37,050 bases of DNA from a virus. Lineage: Duplodnaviria > Caudoviricetes. Below are positions 1 through 7,526 of the stretch, in pieces (the stretch's first letter is position 1; each line of letters starts with the position of its first letter). The DNA lies in IMG/VR virus record IMGVR_UViG_3300027627_000012, positions 1 through 37,050 of that record. One strand, written 5' to 3'. The position numbers were made by a program, and so were the translations under genes. The notes beneath the pieces were generated by a model. It had not been told where the DNA came from. It was given only the letters and a program-made list of their open reading frames with translations, and made no database searches.

Positions 1-187
1 AAGAGCTCGATGAGGACCTCGATGAAGAGCTCAACGAAGAACTCGATGAAGAACTCGATGAAGAGCTCGATGAGGACCTCGATGAAGAGCTCAACGAAGA
101 ACTCGATGAAGAACTCGATGAAGAGCTCGATGAGGACCTCGATGAAGAGCTCAACGAAGAACTCGATGAAGAACTCGATGAAGAGCT
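1..187. repeat. Three exact 60-bp tandem units built from 12-bp subunits (poly-Ser on minus strand)
   Basis: 1-60, 61-120 and 121-180 are identical; subunits are variants of GAAGAGCTCGAT; may continue beyond the window. Confidence 0.97.
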
Positions 188-2704
188 TCCGACTCCGCAA
201 TAATCCGACTCATAAGATACGAACCCAAGGTAGTTTGTAAATCCGTAGTTGCCGACGACAGTGTATTTACCAAACGCAGCTGTATCTTCTGCCGAGAGGG
301 GGTAGCCGGGAGCTGCCCCAAGTAAAGCTTCCTGCATCGCAGCTGTAACTGGGCCGACTGCAAATAAGTTCTCCGACCAAATCTTATTAAAAGAACCGAG
401 CTGACGCGTAATTGAGTTCGCCGTAAGGTATTCTTGGATGGCTATGTCGATTAAGCCGGGGGCAATGTTGGTGACGAAATTCTGCGCCTCACCAAGCGTA
501 TCAAAGATAAGCTTTGATTGAGCTGTCCATGATCCATTAGTCGGATAATACCTGGTAACTCCTGGGCTTCCCAAGTTCGGAATCTCGACCATGAATCTAT
601 CCGTGAGATTAATGGGAGGAATATATCCGGGAGCGTAAGGATCGAAGCTAAACGGATTTAATGGACCGTCTCTTCCCATTTGGGCTGACACCGATATCAG
701 AGAGCAAGAACTAGACGAAGAATCAGATGATGAAGAAAAACATTCAGCGTCACAGCAACCATCGTTCGGAACTGGCGAGCTATAGACGCCGATGGGAGTT
801 ACAATCTGAATCTGACCCAATTGACATAACACGTAATCTCCCGCCGCATTCTGGGAGAAGGAGCAATAGAATAGGGTGAGATTGTAATCATTGACCAAAA
901 CATTCGAGGTCTGCCTGAATGAGTAATAGTCATAATCTGGCGGTAGCGGATAGCTGAATAAGGCGCTTGAAAGGGTGTTGGGGCAAGCTTGAGAGAGGGG
1001 TCCTTCTCCGTAGGGGATGCAATCTAAAATATTTGCATCACTTATTGCTGCGTCTGATTTGATTATAGATACGCTACAGCTACCGGCCGGAACCACTACG
1101 GAGCTTACTACTATGGGCGTGGGATTAGAGGGGCCTTCTAAATTGAAATCGAACGTGTCAGTGGTAGACGGAATAGAACCACCAAGCCCGACTACTGCGA
1201 CCGCGACGTGAATCCTGTTGGTAGGATTAAAACAGGAAGAGCTCGATGAAGAGCTCGATGAAGAGCTCGATGAAGAGCTCGATGAAGAGCTCGATGAAGA
1301 GCTCGATGAAGAGCTCGATGAAGAGCTGCACGCTTCTACGGTTAGCGTATAGAATATGGTTTTCTTGCAGAAGTTCGAGTCTTCGATTGAAAAGACTATC
1401 TCGTGAATTCCGACCACCATGTCGCTTGCTGCCCACGTGAAGGGAATAACTACGGATGTATCTCCAGGAGTGAAGAATGCGTTCGCATCGCCACCCGCTC
1501 CGATCATGGTGATATTTTCGATTCCATCTGGATCTGAAATCGTGATGTTTTCCAACATCGAAGCGCAAGTGTTTACCGTTGCTCCGGTTGGGCTAACCGT
1601 CGCATTATCCGAGCACTGAGACGAGCTCGAACCCGAACTAGACCCCGAGTCGGACGGACAATACTCCAAGCCTACGGTATACTCACACGGAGGCTCTGGA
1701 GACCCCGGACACTCATTCTCACTGCATGTCTCTATCACCTCTGGCGCCGCAATGCACTCCTCACAAGTATCAAATACCTGGGTGATTATAAACGCATTGC
1801 ACGGCGGTTTTTTATAGATTATCCCACCGAAAGTGAGCAAGGAAACCTTTCCGGCTCCTCCGCCGTACCTTATCCTACGGCTCCACCAGAATGTCTGTCT
1901 GCACGTATTATCTCCACATGTTTTTACAAAAACCCCATAACCTCCTCGACCGGCATCCATTTGATAATCCACCGGGAGTAACACACGAGAATAGAAGGCG
2001 CGTGCACCTCTCAGATGGACCCGAACCACCCCACTCGGAAGAACTTCGCAAGTGGTTGAATTTACCCCATATCCATACCCGAGCGGAGGAAGGCCAGAAT
2101 TTTCTCGCCCGCCATAGTATTTGTACCAAGGTCCGGAAAAGTCAGAAGAGGAGGAAGAGGAGGAAGAGGCGGAGCAGTCCCCCGTAGTCGTAATCGTCTC
2201 GTTTCCTGTTAATTCTAGATTTGCGGTGGCAAAAGTGTTGAATAGGAATAACGCAGAATCTCGAGCTTCTTGCTCTGAACCGCCAAGGCCGTAGACCCAT
2301 CTTTTGGGACCAATGCATGAATCGGAAGAAGAACTCGATGAAGAACTCGATGAAGAGCTCGGCGTCGTTAAGGTTATGCTTACGCCATCAATTGCAAAAT
2401 CCGCGCCTGCTACGTCAACACCGTGGTAAAACGCAGTAAGATAATCTACGGGCGAGGTGCCACTGTGCGTAACAAAAATATCACCAGCAGAAACGAAGTC
2501 TAAACATACCGTATATGGACATCCGGGCGAGCAGTATGGTCCTGCACAATTCTGGTTAACCGGTGACGCTCCTATTATCCTGACGAGATACGAGACGTAT
2601 GGGGAGACGGCTGGAAAATTTACGGTAATGACTCCGTTAATGGGGACTTCAAGTGATCCTCCATCGCTTACGGTATTTCCGCCATATGTAAACGTAATCG
2701 CCAT
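2..2704 (-). CDS. Large Ser/Cys-rich modular protein (>=901 aa, 3'-truncated at window edge), probable virion surface/fibre protein
   Basis: Manual translation: ATG at 2704 (in-frame TAG three codons upstream), MAITFTYGGNTVSDGGSLEVPINGVITVNF..., no stop found down to position 2; six Ser tracts separate Cys-rich, beta-rich segments. Missing from the ORF track because it has no stop in the window. Structural role is inference. Confidence 0.85.
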   Translation of the reverse strand, partial: MAITFTYGGNTVSDGGSLEVPINGVITVNFPAVSPYVSYLVRIIGASPVNQNCAGPYCSPGCPYTVCLDFVSAGDIFVTHSGTSPVDYLTAFYHGVDVAGADFAIDGVSITLTTPSSSSSSSSSSSSDSCIGPKRWVYGLGGSEQEARDSALFLFNTFATANLELTGNETITTTGDCSASSSSSSSSDFSGPWYKYYGGRENSGLPPLGYGYGVNSTTCEVLPSGVVRVHLRGARAFYSRVLLPVDYQMDAGRGGYGVFVKTCGDNTCRQTFWWSRRIRYGGGAGKVSLLTFGGIIYKKPPCNAFIITQVFDTCEECIAAPEVIETCSENECPGSPEPPCEYTVGLEYCPSDSGSSSGSSSSQCSDNATVSPTGATVNTCASMLENITISDPDGIENITMIGAGGDANAFFTPGDTSVVIPFTWAASDMVVGIHEIVFSIEDSNFCKKTIFYTLTVEACSSSSSSSSSSSSSSSSSSSSSSSSSSSSSSSCFNPTNRIHVAVAVVGLGGSIPSTTDTFDFNLEGPSNPTPIVVSSVVVPAGSCSVSIIKSDAAISDANILDCIPYGEGPLSQACPNTLSSALFSYPLPPDYDYYSFRQTSNVLVNDYNLTLFYCSFSQNAAGDYVLCQLGQIQIVTPIGVYSSPVPNDGCCDAECFSSSSDSSSSSCSLISVSAQMGRDGPLNPFSFDPYAPGYIPPINLTDRFMVEIPNLGSPGVTRYYPTNGSWTAQSKLIFDTLGEAQNFVTNIAPGLIDIAIQEYLTANSITRQLGSFNKIWSENLFAVGPVTAAMQEALLGAAPGYPLSAEDTAAFGKYTVVGNYGFTNYLGFVSYESDYCGVGSSSSSSSSSSSLSSSSRSSSSSSSSSSSSSSLSSSSRSSSSSSSSSSSSSSLSSSSRSSSSS
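1236..1327. repeat. 12-bp tandem repeat (GAAGAGCTCGAT) x7 plus partial unit
   Basis: Direct reading; minus strand TCA-TCG-AGC-TCT = SSSS. Confidence 0.97.
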
Positions 2705-2747
2705 TTGTACCTAGTATCTATTTTACACAAGAAAGGCGTTTTTGAAT

Positions 2748-2771
2748 AAAAAAAGGCCCCCGAAGGGGCCT
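2748..2771 (-). terminator. Intrinsic terminator downstream of the secreted-protein gene
   Basis: Minus strand AGGCCCC-TTCG-GGGGCCT followed by a T run. Confidence 0.9.
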
Positions 2772-2811
2772 GATACTTCATTTAATTATAAAAAACTAAC
2801 TCAAATAGCTA

Positions 2812-3150
2812 CTAGCCTCCGCTTTGTGGAGTGTTAGAGCCTCCGGTGGGAGCTACGGTGGTCGTGGCCTTGGCCGTGGGGCGACGAAGATTCACGCGGG
2901 AAACAGAAGCGGAGCGGGAAGCCGTAGATGCCGGACGAACTGCTGGGGCAACTCGGGAAGTAGCGTAGGTGGAAGCACGGGTGCTTATCTTGGCGACTTC
3001 CTTAGTGCCTTGCAAGCGGAGTTTCTCTGAATCTCCGCCGCCCTGCTTTGGAGGCTCTGGTCTAGGCGCGTCTACGGAAGCCTCTTTCGGAGCTTCCTGA
3101 GCGGTTAAGCTTAAGGTGGTGGCAAAAATCAACGTCAGTATTTTTTTCAT
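2812..3150 (-). CDS. Small low-complexity protein with N-terminal signal peptide
   Basis: MKKILTLIFATTLSLTA/QE looks like a Sec/SPase I signal; AAAGGA SD upstream; own promoter and terminator. Confidence 0.75.
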   Translation of the reverse strand: MKKILTLIFATTLSLTAQEAPKEASVDAPRPEPPKQGGGDSEKLRLQGTKEVAKISTRASTYATSRVAPAVRPASTASRSASVSRVNLRRPTAKATTTVAPTGGSNTPQSGG

Positions 3151-3170
3151 ATATATTTTATCCTTTAGTT

Positions 3171-3199
3171 ATTTTACACCATGGACTTCAAAAAGTCAA
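3171..3199 (-). promoter_or_regulatory. Sigma70-type promoter
   Basis: TTGACT-17 nt-TAAAAT on the minus strand. Confidence 0.75.
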
Positions 3200-3247
3200 G
3201 TCTTTTATCAAAACAAGATGAGAAGAAAGAGAACTTATGAAGAAAAG

Positions 3248-3338
3248 TGGCGGTAAGAGTAGGATTCGAACCCACGGATGGAGTTAACCATCTTCTGATT
3301 TCAAGTCAGACGCCTTAGACCAACTCAGCCATCTTACC
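3248..3338 (-). tRNA. tRNA-Ser(UGA)
   Basis: Acceptor GGTAAGA/TCTTACC, anticodon arm TCTGA-CT TGA AA-TCAGA, long variable arm, GGTTCGAATCC T arm, encoded CCA. Confidence 0.95.
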
Positions 3339-3353
3339 ACTAGGCCACAAAAA

Positions 3354-3428
3354 TGGTGCGCGCAGAAGGTTTCGAACCTCCGGCCTTTTCCGTGTAAAGG
3401 AATTGCTCTACCACTGAGCTATGCACGC
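3354..3428 (-). tRNA. tRNA-Val(UAC)
   Basis: GCGTGCA acceptor, AGCTCAGTGGTAGAGC D arm, TT TAC AC anticodon loop, GGTTCGAAACC T arm, encoded CCA. Confidence 0.93.
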
Positions 3429-3706
3429 TAAAAAGAACAAAATACAGCACCGCTTTCAGAAATTTCAACCGACTCACAATTAAAATGAGCCTTGATCTCC
3501 TGCTTATCTAATTCAGTCAGCAGGGCACAAACGGACCGGAATCCGTTCAATGCAGAAATTTCCCTAGCCTTGCGATTACATCCGCATCCTCCAGAAAGCC
3601 CTTGAACCAACTTAATTATCGCGACGATTCTAATGTTAGTAATAGAAAGCGTTACTAGAGACATCTCCGTGGCAAAAGCGATATGCCCATCAATGACTTT
3701 CTTCAT
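3428..3706 (-). CDS. Hypothetical protein with GCGCNRK motif
   Basis: Likely start at MKKVIDG (3706), overlapping the end of the upstream gene, rather than 3748. Confidence 0.65.
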   Translation of the reverse strand: MKKVIDGHIAFATEMSLVTLSITNIRIVAIIKLVQGLSGGCGCNRKAREISALNGFRSVCALLTELDKQEIKAHFNCESVEISESGAVFCSF

Positions 3707-4043
3707 AGATCCTCCCAAAGACGAAGTAGATGAACATGCAAGAGACATAGCTTCCGGCTATGTTAATTATACTATTCTCGAGGCAGAAAGCAAGGCAAAT
3801 CCAAAACCCAATACAGAACGGGCACGAAATCAATCTCGTTAGAAAGCTGTTCCGGCTAATTAGGAGAAACACTGGATAATTAAGAAGATGATTATTAAGC
3901 TTTTCTCTTTCGTATCCGTCAGCATCGATTCTCTTTCTTAAACCCAACAAGCTTAGGTACTCGGGGAAGGCGTCGGTGTGAAACCAGACTATCATGAGAA
4001 AGGACGCCCAAATAGAGTTATCTAAGCAGTCTGAAAGATTCAT
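3690..4043 (-). CDS. Small membrane protein, DUF1360-like (LISCPFCIGFW)
   Basis: Hydrophobic segments and a CxxC..W motif; start placed at the second Met from promoter spacing. Confidence 0.6.
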   Translation of the reverse strand: MNLSDCLDNSIWASFLMIVWFHTDAFPEYLSLLGLRKRIDADGYEREKLNNHLLNYPVFLLISRNSFLTRLISCPFCIGFWICLAFCLENSIINIAGSYVSCMFIYFVFGRIYEESH

Positions 4044-4049
4044 ACTCAT

Positions 4050-4078
4050 ATCTTACCGTCGGGCAAACCAAAAGTCAA
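4050..4078 (-). promoter_or_regulatory. Sigma70-type promoter, leaderless geometry
   Basis: TTGACT-17-TAAGAT-6 nt-ATG(4043). Confidence 0.75.
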
Positions 4079-4124
4079 AGCTATATTAAGCGTCGTGTTT
4101 ATCTTTTTCTTTAGGAAATCGACA

Positions 4125-4486
4125 TAATACCCCCAGTGTTATCTGGGGAGTATTAAAGTGTGCCTACTTTTCTTTGAGGCCCTGTTTTAGCAATGCGGAT
4201 GGGACTTACCGCTACACACTACAATTTAGCTTTCGCTAAAGGCGACTACCATTTAATCTGGCGGGAGAAACTGTATCACGTAAAACTCCACTTACATCGC
4301 CTTACCCTGCTTATGCAAACGCTGGGGTCACGCCTTGGAAATTAACCAAGTGTTTTTTCTTCTTGTGTAGACAAGAATAGTCATCCCTTGATTGGAAGTA
4401 GACCATCTTCCACCCTACTTAACTTCGGTTATCTTAGGAAAACTCTACCGTTTTATCTCGGCGAGCTTAAAAGGATTCGACCTTTT
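4125..4486 (-). ncRNA. Candidate large structured RNA, family not recognised
   Basis: Largest non-coding gap in a gene-dense window; about ten hairpins plus long-range helices, several needing G-U pairs available only on the minus strand; TTTAGC-GAAA-GCTAAA GNRA hairpin. Confidence 0.55.
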
Positions 4487-4504
4487 GATTTTACTATTTA
4501 ACAA

Positions 4505-4987
4505 CTACACGCCCGAACTACCAAAGCCTTTAAGACTTCTATCGGAATCGGATAATTCATCTTTTTCTTCCCACTCAACTTCATGGCATTTTTCAATGAT
4601 GAGTTGAGCAATCCTGTCTCCTCGTTTTATCGAGAAGGAATTCGGCGAACCAAAAAGACTATTAATCGCCACAGACCGAGGATTTGATTGCGTATCTGGC
4701 GGATTGATATTAACGAGCACTACTGAGATCTCGTCTCTATACCCACAATCAACTACTCCCGCAAGAACGTCGATACCTTTTTTTACAGCAAGTCCGCTTC
4801 TTGGCGCAATTCTACCGTAGTATCCCTCTGGGATTTCGATGCCAATACCGATAGGAATCAGTTTTCTCGAAAGGGGATTGATCGTCGCCGATTCACAAGC
4901 GTACAGATCGTAGCCCGCATCGCCCTTTTTCGTTTGAGTAGGGATTACGGCGTTATCTCTGTATTTTTTGATTCCGATTTTCAACAT
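4505..4987 (-). CDS. dut: Trimeric dUTPase
   Basis: Motifs AGYDL, RIAPRSG, GVVDCGYR, GDRIAQLI, KGFGSSG. Confidence 0.96.
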   Translation of the reverse strand: MLKIGIKKYRDNAVIPTQTKKGDAGYDLYACESATINPLSRKLIPIGIGIEIPEGYYGRIAPRSGLAVKKGIDVLAGVVDCGYRDEISVVLVNINPPDTQSNPRSVAINSLFGSPNSFSIKRGDRIAQLIIEKCHEVEWEEKDELSDSDRSLKGFGSSGV

Positions 4988-4993
4988 TCCCTA

Positions 4994-5022
4994 ATAATGG
5001 ATCGATTTTTTAAATTAGTCAA
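4994..5022 (-). promoter_or_regulatory. Sigma70-type promoter of dut, leaderless geometry
   Basis: TTGACT-17-CATTAT-6 nt-ATG(4987). Confidence 0.65.
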
Positions 5023-5047
5023 CAAAAAACTTCGTCAGTCAAGCAGA

Positions 5048-5479
5048 ATGACGATTCAAGAATCATCGAACCAGCTCTTTGCTTGGTTTTCCGAGAAGGA
5101 AAGTTTTAACCTGGACCATCACGCTGACAAGGAGGAATTCTTCGGAGCAAAGAAGCCTAGTAGAGTCGAGTTAGCAAGTCTGATGGGCGCGCTTGAGGAT
5201 TTCGAGAAGATGGATCTCGTCAAGAAAGTGATCGTTGAGGGCCAGTCGATCTTCGTCTTGAAGAAATCTTTTGAAGCGTACGACCAGACAATCAAACTCT
5301 CGCCCGAAACATGCAATTCAATTTCTCAGTTCGTCAACGGGTTTTGTGACGTCGTACAGAATGTCGGCGACAAATGCGATGCCAAGAGTATTTCGGAAAA
5401 GGATATCAAGAATCTCCTCGTTATCTCTACGAGCCTTTTCAAATTAAGCACGGGCAACAAAACAGAAGAGCAAGAATAA
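5048..5479 (+). CDS. Hypothetical protein
   Basis: Likely start MTIQESS at 5048 (4934 would overlap dut); stop overlaps next ATG (TAATG). Confidence 0.7.
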   Translation: MTIQESSNQLFAWFSEKESFNLDHHADKEEFFGAKKPSRVELASLMGALEDFEKMDLVKKVIVEGQSIFVLKKSFEAYDQTIKLSPETCNSISQFVNGFCDVVQNVGDKCDAKSISEKDIKNLLVISTSLFKLSTGNKTEEQE

Positions 5480-6108
5480 TGAATCTCATTGGCGTGTCTG
5501 GCTTGGCGGGAGTTGGCAAAGACCTCTTCGCCCGGCTGTTTTCAAAAGAGATCTCCAAAAGGGGAATGTCATCTAAGAGATATGCTCTTGCGGATAAACT
5601 GAAGACGGAGATAAATGAAACCCTGATAGCTTTGTATGGTGTTGATATTTTTAATTGTTCCAGAGAAGCCAAGGATATCGTCAGGCCAGCGTTGGTTTCT
5701 CACGGGAAAATCAAAAGAAAACAAACCAGTGGGAGATATTGGATCGAGCAGTTAGAGGCGGATCTTGACGGAGAATTTATAAAGCCAGACTTTGCGTGCG
5801 TCACCGACGTTCGTCACGACGAATACGGCAAAGACGAAGTCCACTGGATAAAAGAGGAACGGCGAGGGGTCCTCATCCACATCTCGAAGTTCCACGAGCG
5901 GGACGGAGTCAAGACGTTCCAGCTTCCGCCAAACGAGGACGAAGCGAAGAATGACCCGAAGCTTAAAGCTAAGGCTGACTACCTGATTTCATGGCTTCAC
6001 TGTGAAGGAAACGATTTTGAACAAGTTCTTAATTATGAAGTGTCTAAGTTCTCGGACTGGCTCTTAGCCAAATATGGAAAAAAAGGAACCATACTGGAAA
6101 CATATTAA
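5479..6108 (+). CDS. Deoxynucleoside monophosphate kinase (phage dNMP kinase-like P-loop protein)
   Basis: LIGVSGLAGVGKD Walker A, ALADKLK, VTDVRH..E; start at 5479 by TAATG coupling. Confidence 0.8.
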   Translation: MNLIGVSGLAGVGKDLFARLFSKEISKRGMSSKRYALADKLKTEINETLIALYGVDIFNCSREAKDIVRPALVSHGKIKRKQTSGRYWIEQLEADLDGEFIKPDFACVTDVRHDEYGKDEVHWIKEERRGVLIHISKFHERDGVKTFQLPPNEDEAKNDPKLKAKADYLISWLHCEGNDFEQVLNYEVSKFSDWLLAKYGKKGTILETY

Positions 6109-6538
6109 AGAACTTTTTGACGCAATCAAGAAGAAAGAAGTTTCTAATATAGAGAAGGTCACTCCAGTCCTCGCTATTTACTCCGCCGAGCCGGTATATA
6201 TAAAACAAAACGTCCTCAAACTTTCAGAGTTGGGGGTAGATTCTAATTCATATCTTTATCTTGTCACTATTTTTAGTTTTAAAGAGGAAGGAAAGCGCTT
6301 TTATCAATGTCATCTAAAAGTCGATCCAACGAATTCGGAGGAATCGAAGAATTTGGAAGAAGAGAACGTTTACGCGGAAGATGAAATAATCAAAGTCATG
6401 TCTTTTGTAATGGCTCCAGACAGAATGTTTGAGACCGCCGGCAAGAGAAGAAAGATAATGACTTTCAGCAGTACCGAGCTCAGTCTTGCGGATTTTTTGA
6501 ACCTTATCGAAACATGGAAAAAAGAAAAGACGATATAG
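6074..6538 (+). CDS. Hypothetical protein
   Basis: 154-aa ORF tiling the operon; no motif recognised. Confidence 0.65.
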   Translation: MEKKEPYWKHIKELFDAIKKKEVSNIEKVTPVLAIYSAEPVYIKQNVLKLSELGVDSNSYLYLVTIFSFKEEGKRFYQCHLKVDPTNSEESKNLEEENVYAEDEIIKVMSFVMAPDRMFETAGKRRKIMTFSSTELSLADFLNLIETWKKEKTI

Positions 6539-7122
6539 CCCTAATCAGAAGGATCAAGAAGTACTCATGTGAGAATAGCCTCAAGGAGTTGATTCAAAGG
6601 CATTCCCCGATTTGTTTCGATGTTTACCGTAAGTATTCGACCCCTTTAGTGAATTCCGGAGTATGCGTTGACTCGTCTTTTATGGAGAAGGACATTATTA
6701 TCTACAAGTCTGCGCTCTCGTTCAAGACTAACAAGAAGTCCAAATTTTCGACTTGGGTAGCAAACCAAGTCAGGTACTACTGCCTGAATTCGATGAACAG
6801 GAATGATTTGATTCCCACGGACGACAAAACAATCCATTATTATATAGATAAACAAGGAGCCGTCACCTCCGAAACAAACAACAACTTGAGAGAAAATCTA
6901 GAATACATCTACAATATCCTAGACCAAGTCAAGGACAAGAGGATAAAAAATATATTTTCTCAAAGGTACTTTCTGAACGCGGATAAGAAATCCCCCTGGG
7001 CTTTGATAGCCAAGAATATCGGGATCAGCACCCAAACAGCAATAAATCTCCACGACAAGGGCATTAGTATTTTAAGAAAGAAAATTCACTCCAACTCCGA
7101 ATTTACCATTGACATAATCTAA
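6514..7122 (+). CDS. RNA polymerase sigma-70 family factor
   Basis: Region 2-like KFSTWVANQVRY; region 4 HTH WALIAKNIGISTQTAINLHDKGISILRKK. Confidence 0.8.
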   Translation: MEKRKDDIALIRRIKKYSCENSLKELIQRHSPICFDVYRKYSTPLVNSGVCVDSSFMEKDIIIYKSALSFKTNKKSKFSTWVANQVRYYCLNSMNRNDLIPTDDKTIHYYIDKQGAVTSETNNNLRENLEYIYNILDQVKDKRIKNIFSQRYFLNADKKSPWALIAKNIGISTQTAINLHDKGISILRKKIHSNSEFTIDII

Positions 7123-7136
7123 ACCTGGAGTATATT
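7109..7136 (+). promoter_or_regulatory. Sigma70-type promoter
   Basis: TTGACA-16-TATATT, 9 nt before ATG 7146. Confidence 0.6.
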
Positions 7137-7145
7137 GAACCCAGA

Positions 7146-7484
7146 ATGAATACGAATAACAGTCCCACATCAACGAAAGCTGAAGCAACATCCGACATGA
7201 AGCGCCGCGAGGTTGGCGCGTTATGGAAGAAGGAGGGTAAGGCTACTGGTCAGAAGTTCTTGACCGGTCACATCAAGGTCGACGAATTTGGCACCGAAAA
7301 GCTTGTCAAAATCATCGTCTTCTCCAACAAGAACAAGACGAACCCGAAGGCTCCAGATTTCGTAATCTATACCTCTCGCGAAAACGAACAGGGCGGCGCA
7401 CCCGCTCCGGTCGCGCAGACTGACCGGAAACCATTCGTTAAACGAGAACCAGTTGAAGAAAACAACGAAGACAGCGTCCTTTGA
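7146..7484 (+). CDS. DUF736-like small protein, possible ssDNA-binding protein
   Basis: VGALWKK...FLTG.I...NKNKTNPKAPDF pattern, acidic C-terminal tail. Confidence 0.6.
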   Translation: MNTNNSPTSTKAEATSDMKRREVGALWKKEGKATGQKFLTGHIKVDEFGTEKLVKIIVFSNKNKTNPKAPDFVIYTSRENEQGGAPAPVAQTDRKPFVKREPVEENNEDSVL

Positions 7485-7491
7485 CACCGTC

Positions 7492-7526
7492 AAACCCCTC
7501 ATGAAAATGAGGGGTTTTTTCTTTCT
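7492..7526 (+). terminator. Intrinsic terminator
   Basis: AAACCCCTCAT-GAAA-ATGAGGGGTTT then TTTCTTTCT. Confidence 0.85.

Noticed and set aside
1-1327. CRISPR array
   Set aside because: Repeats are contiguous with no unique spacers and lie in coding sequence; the Cas4-like nuclease is in a replication context with no other cas genes.
10-2714. Short ORFs in the track (MKSS and FIEL repeats, 1017, 1419, 1891, 1908, 2457)
   Set aside because: Shadow frames of the long minus-strand poly-Ser ORF.
4125-4486. Assignment as RNase P RNA, tmRNA or group I intron
   Set aside because: Only fragments match (AGATTAAATG; GACTA/TAGTC); no GAGGAAAGUCC in the right order, no tRNA-like ends or tag frame, and no interrupted gene on either side.
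4392-4607. 71-aa plus-strand ORF
   Set aside because: TTG start, antisense to dut and the structured region, no motif.
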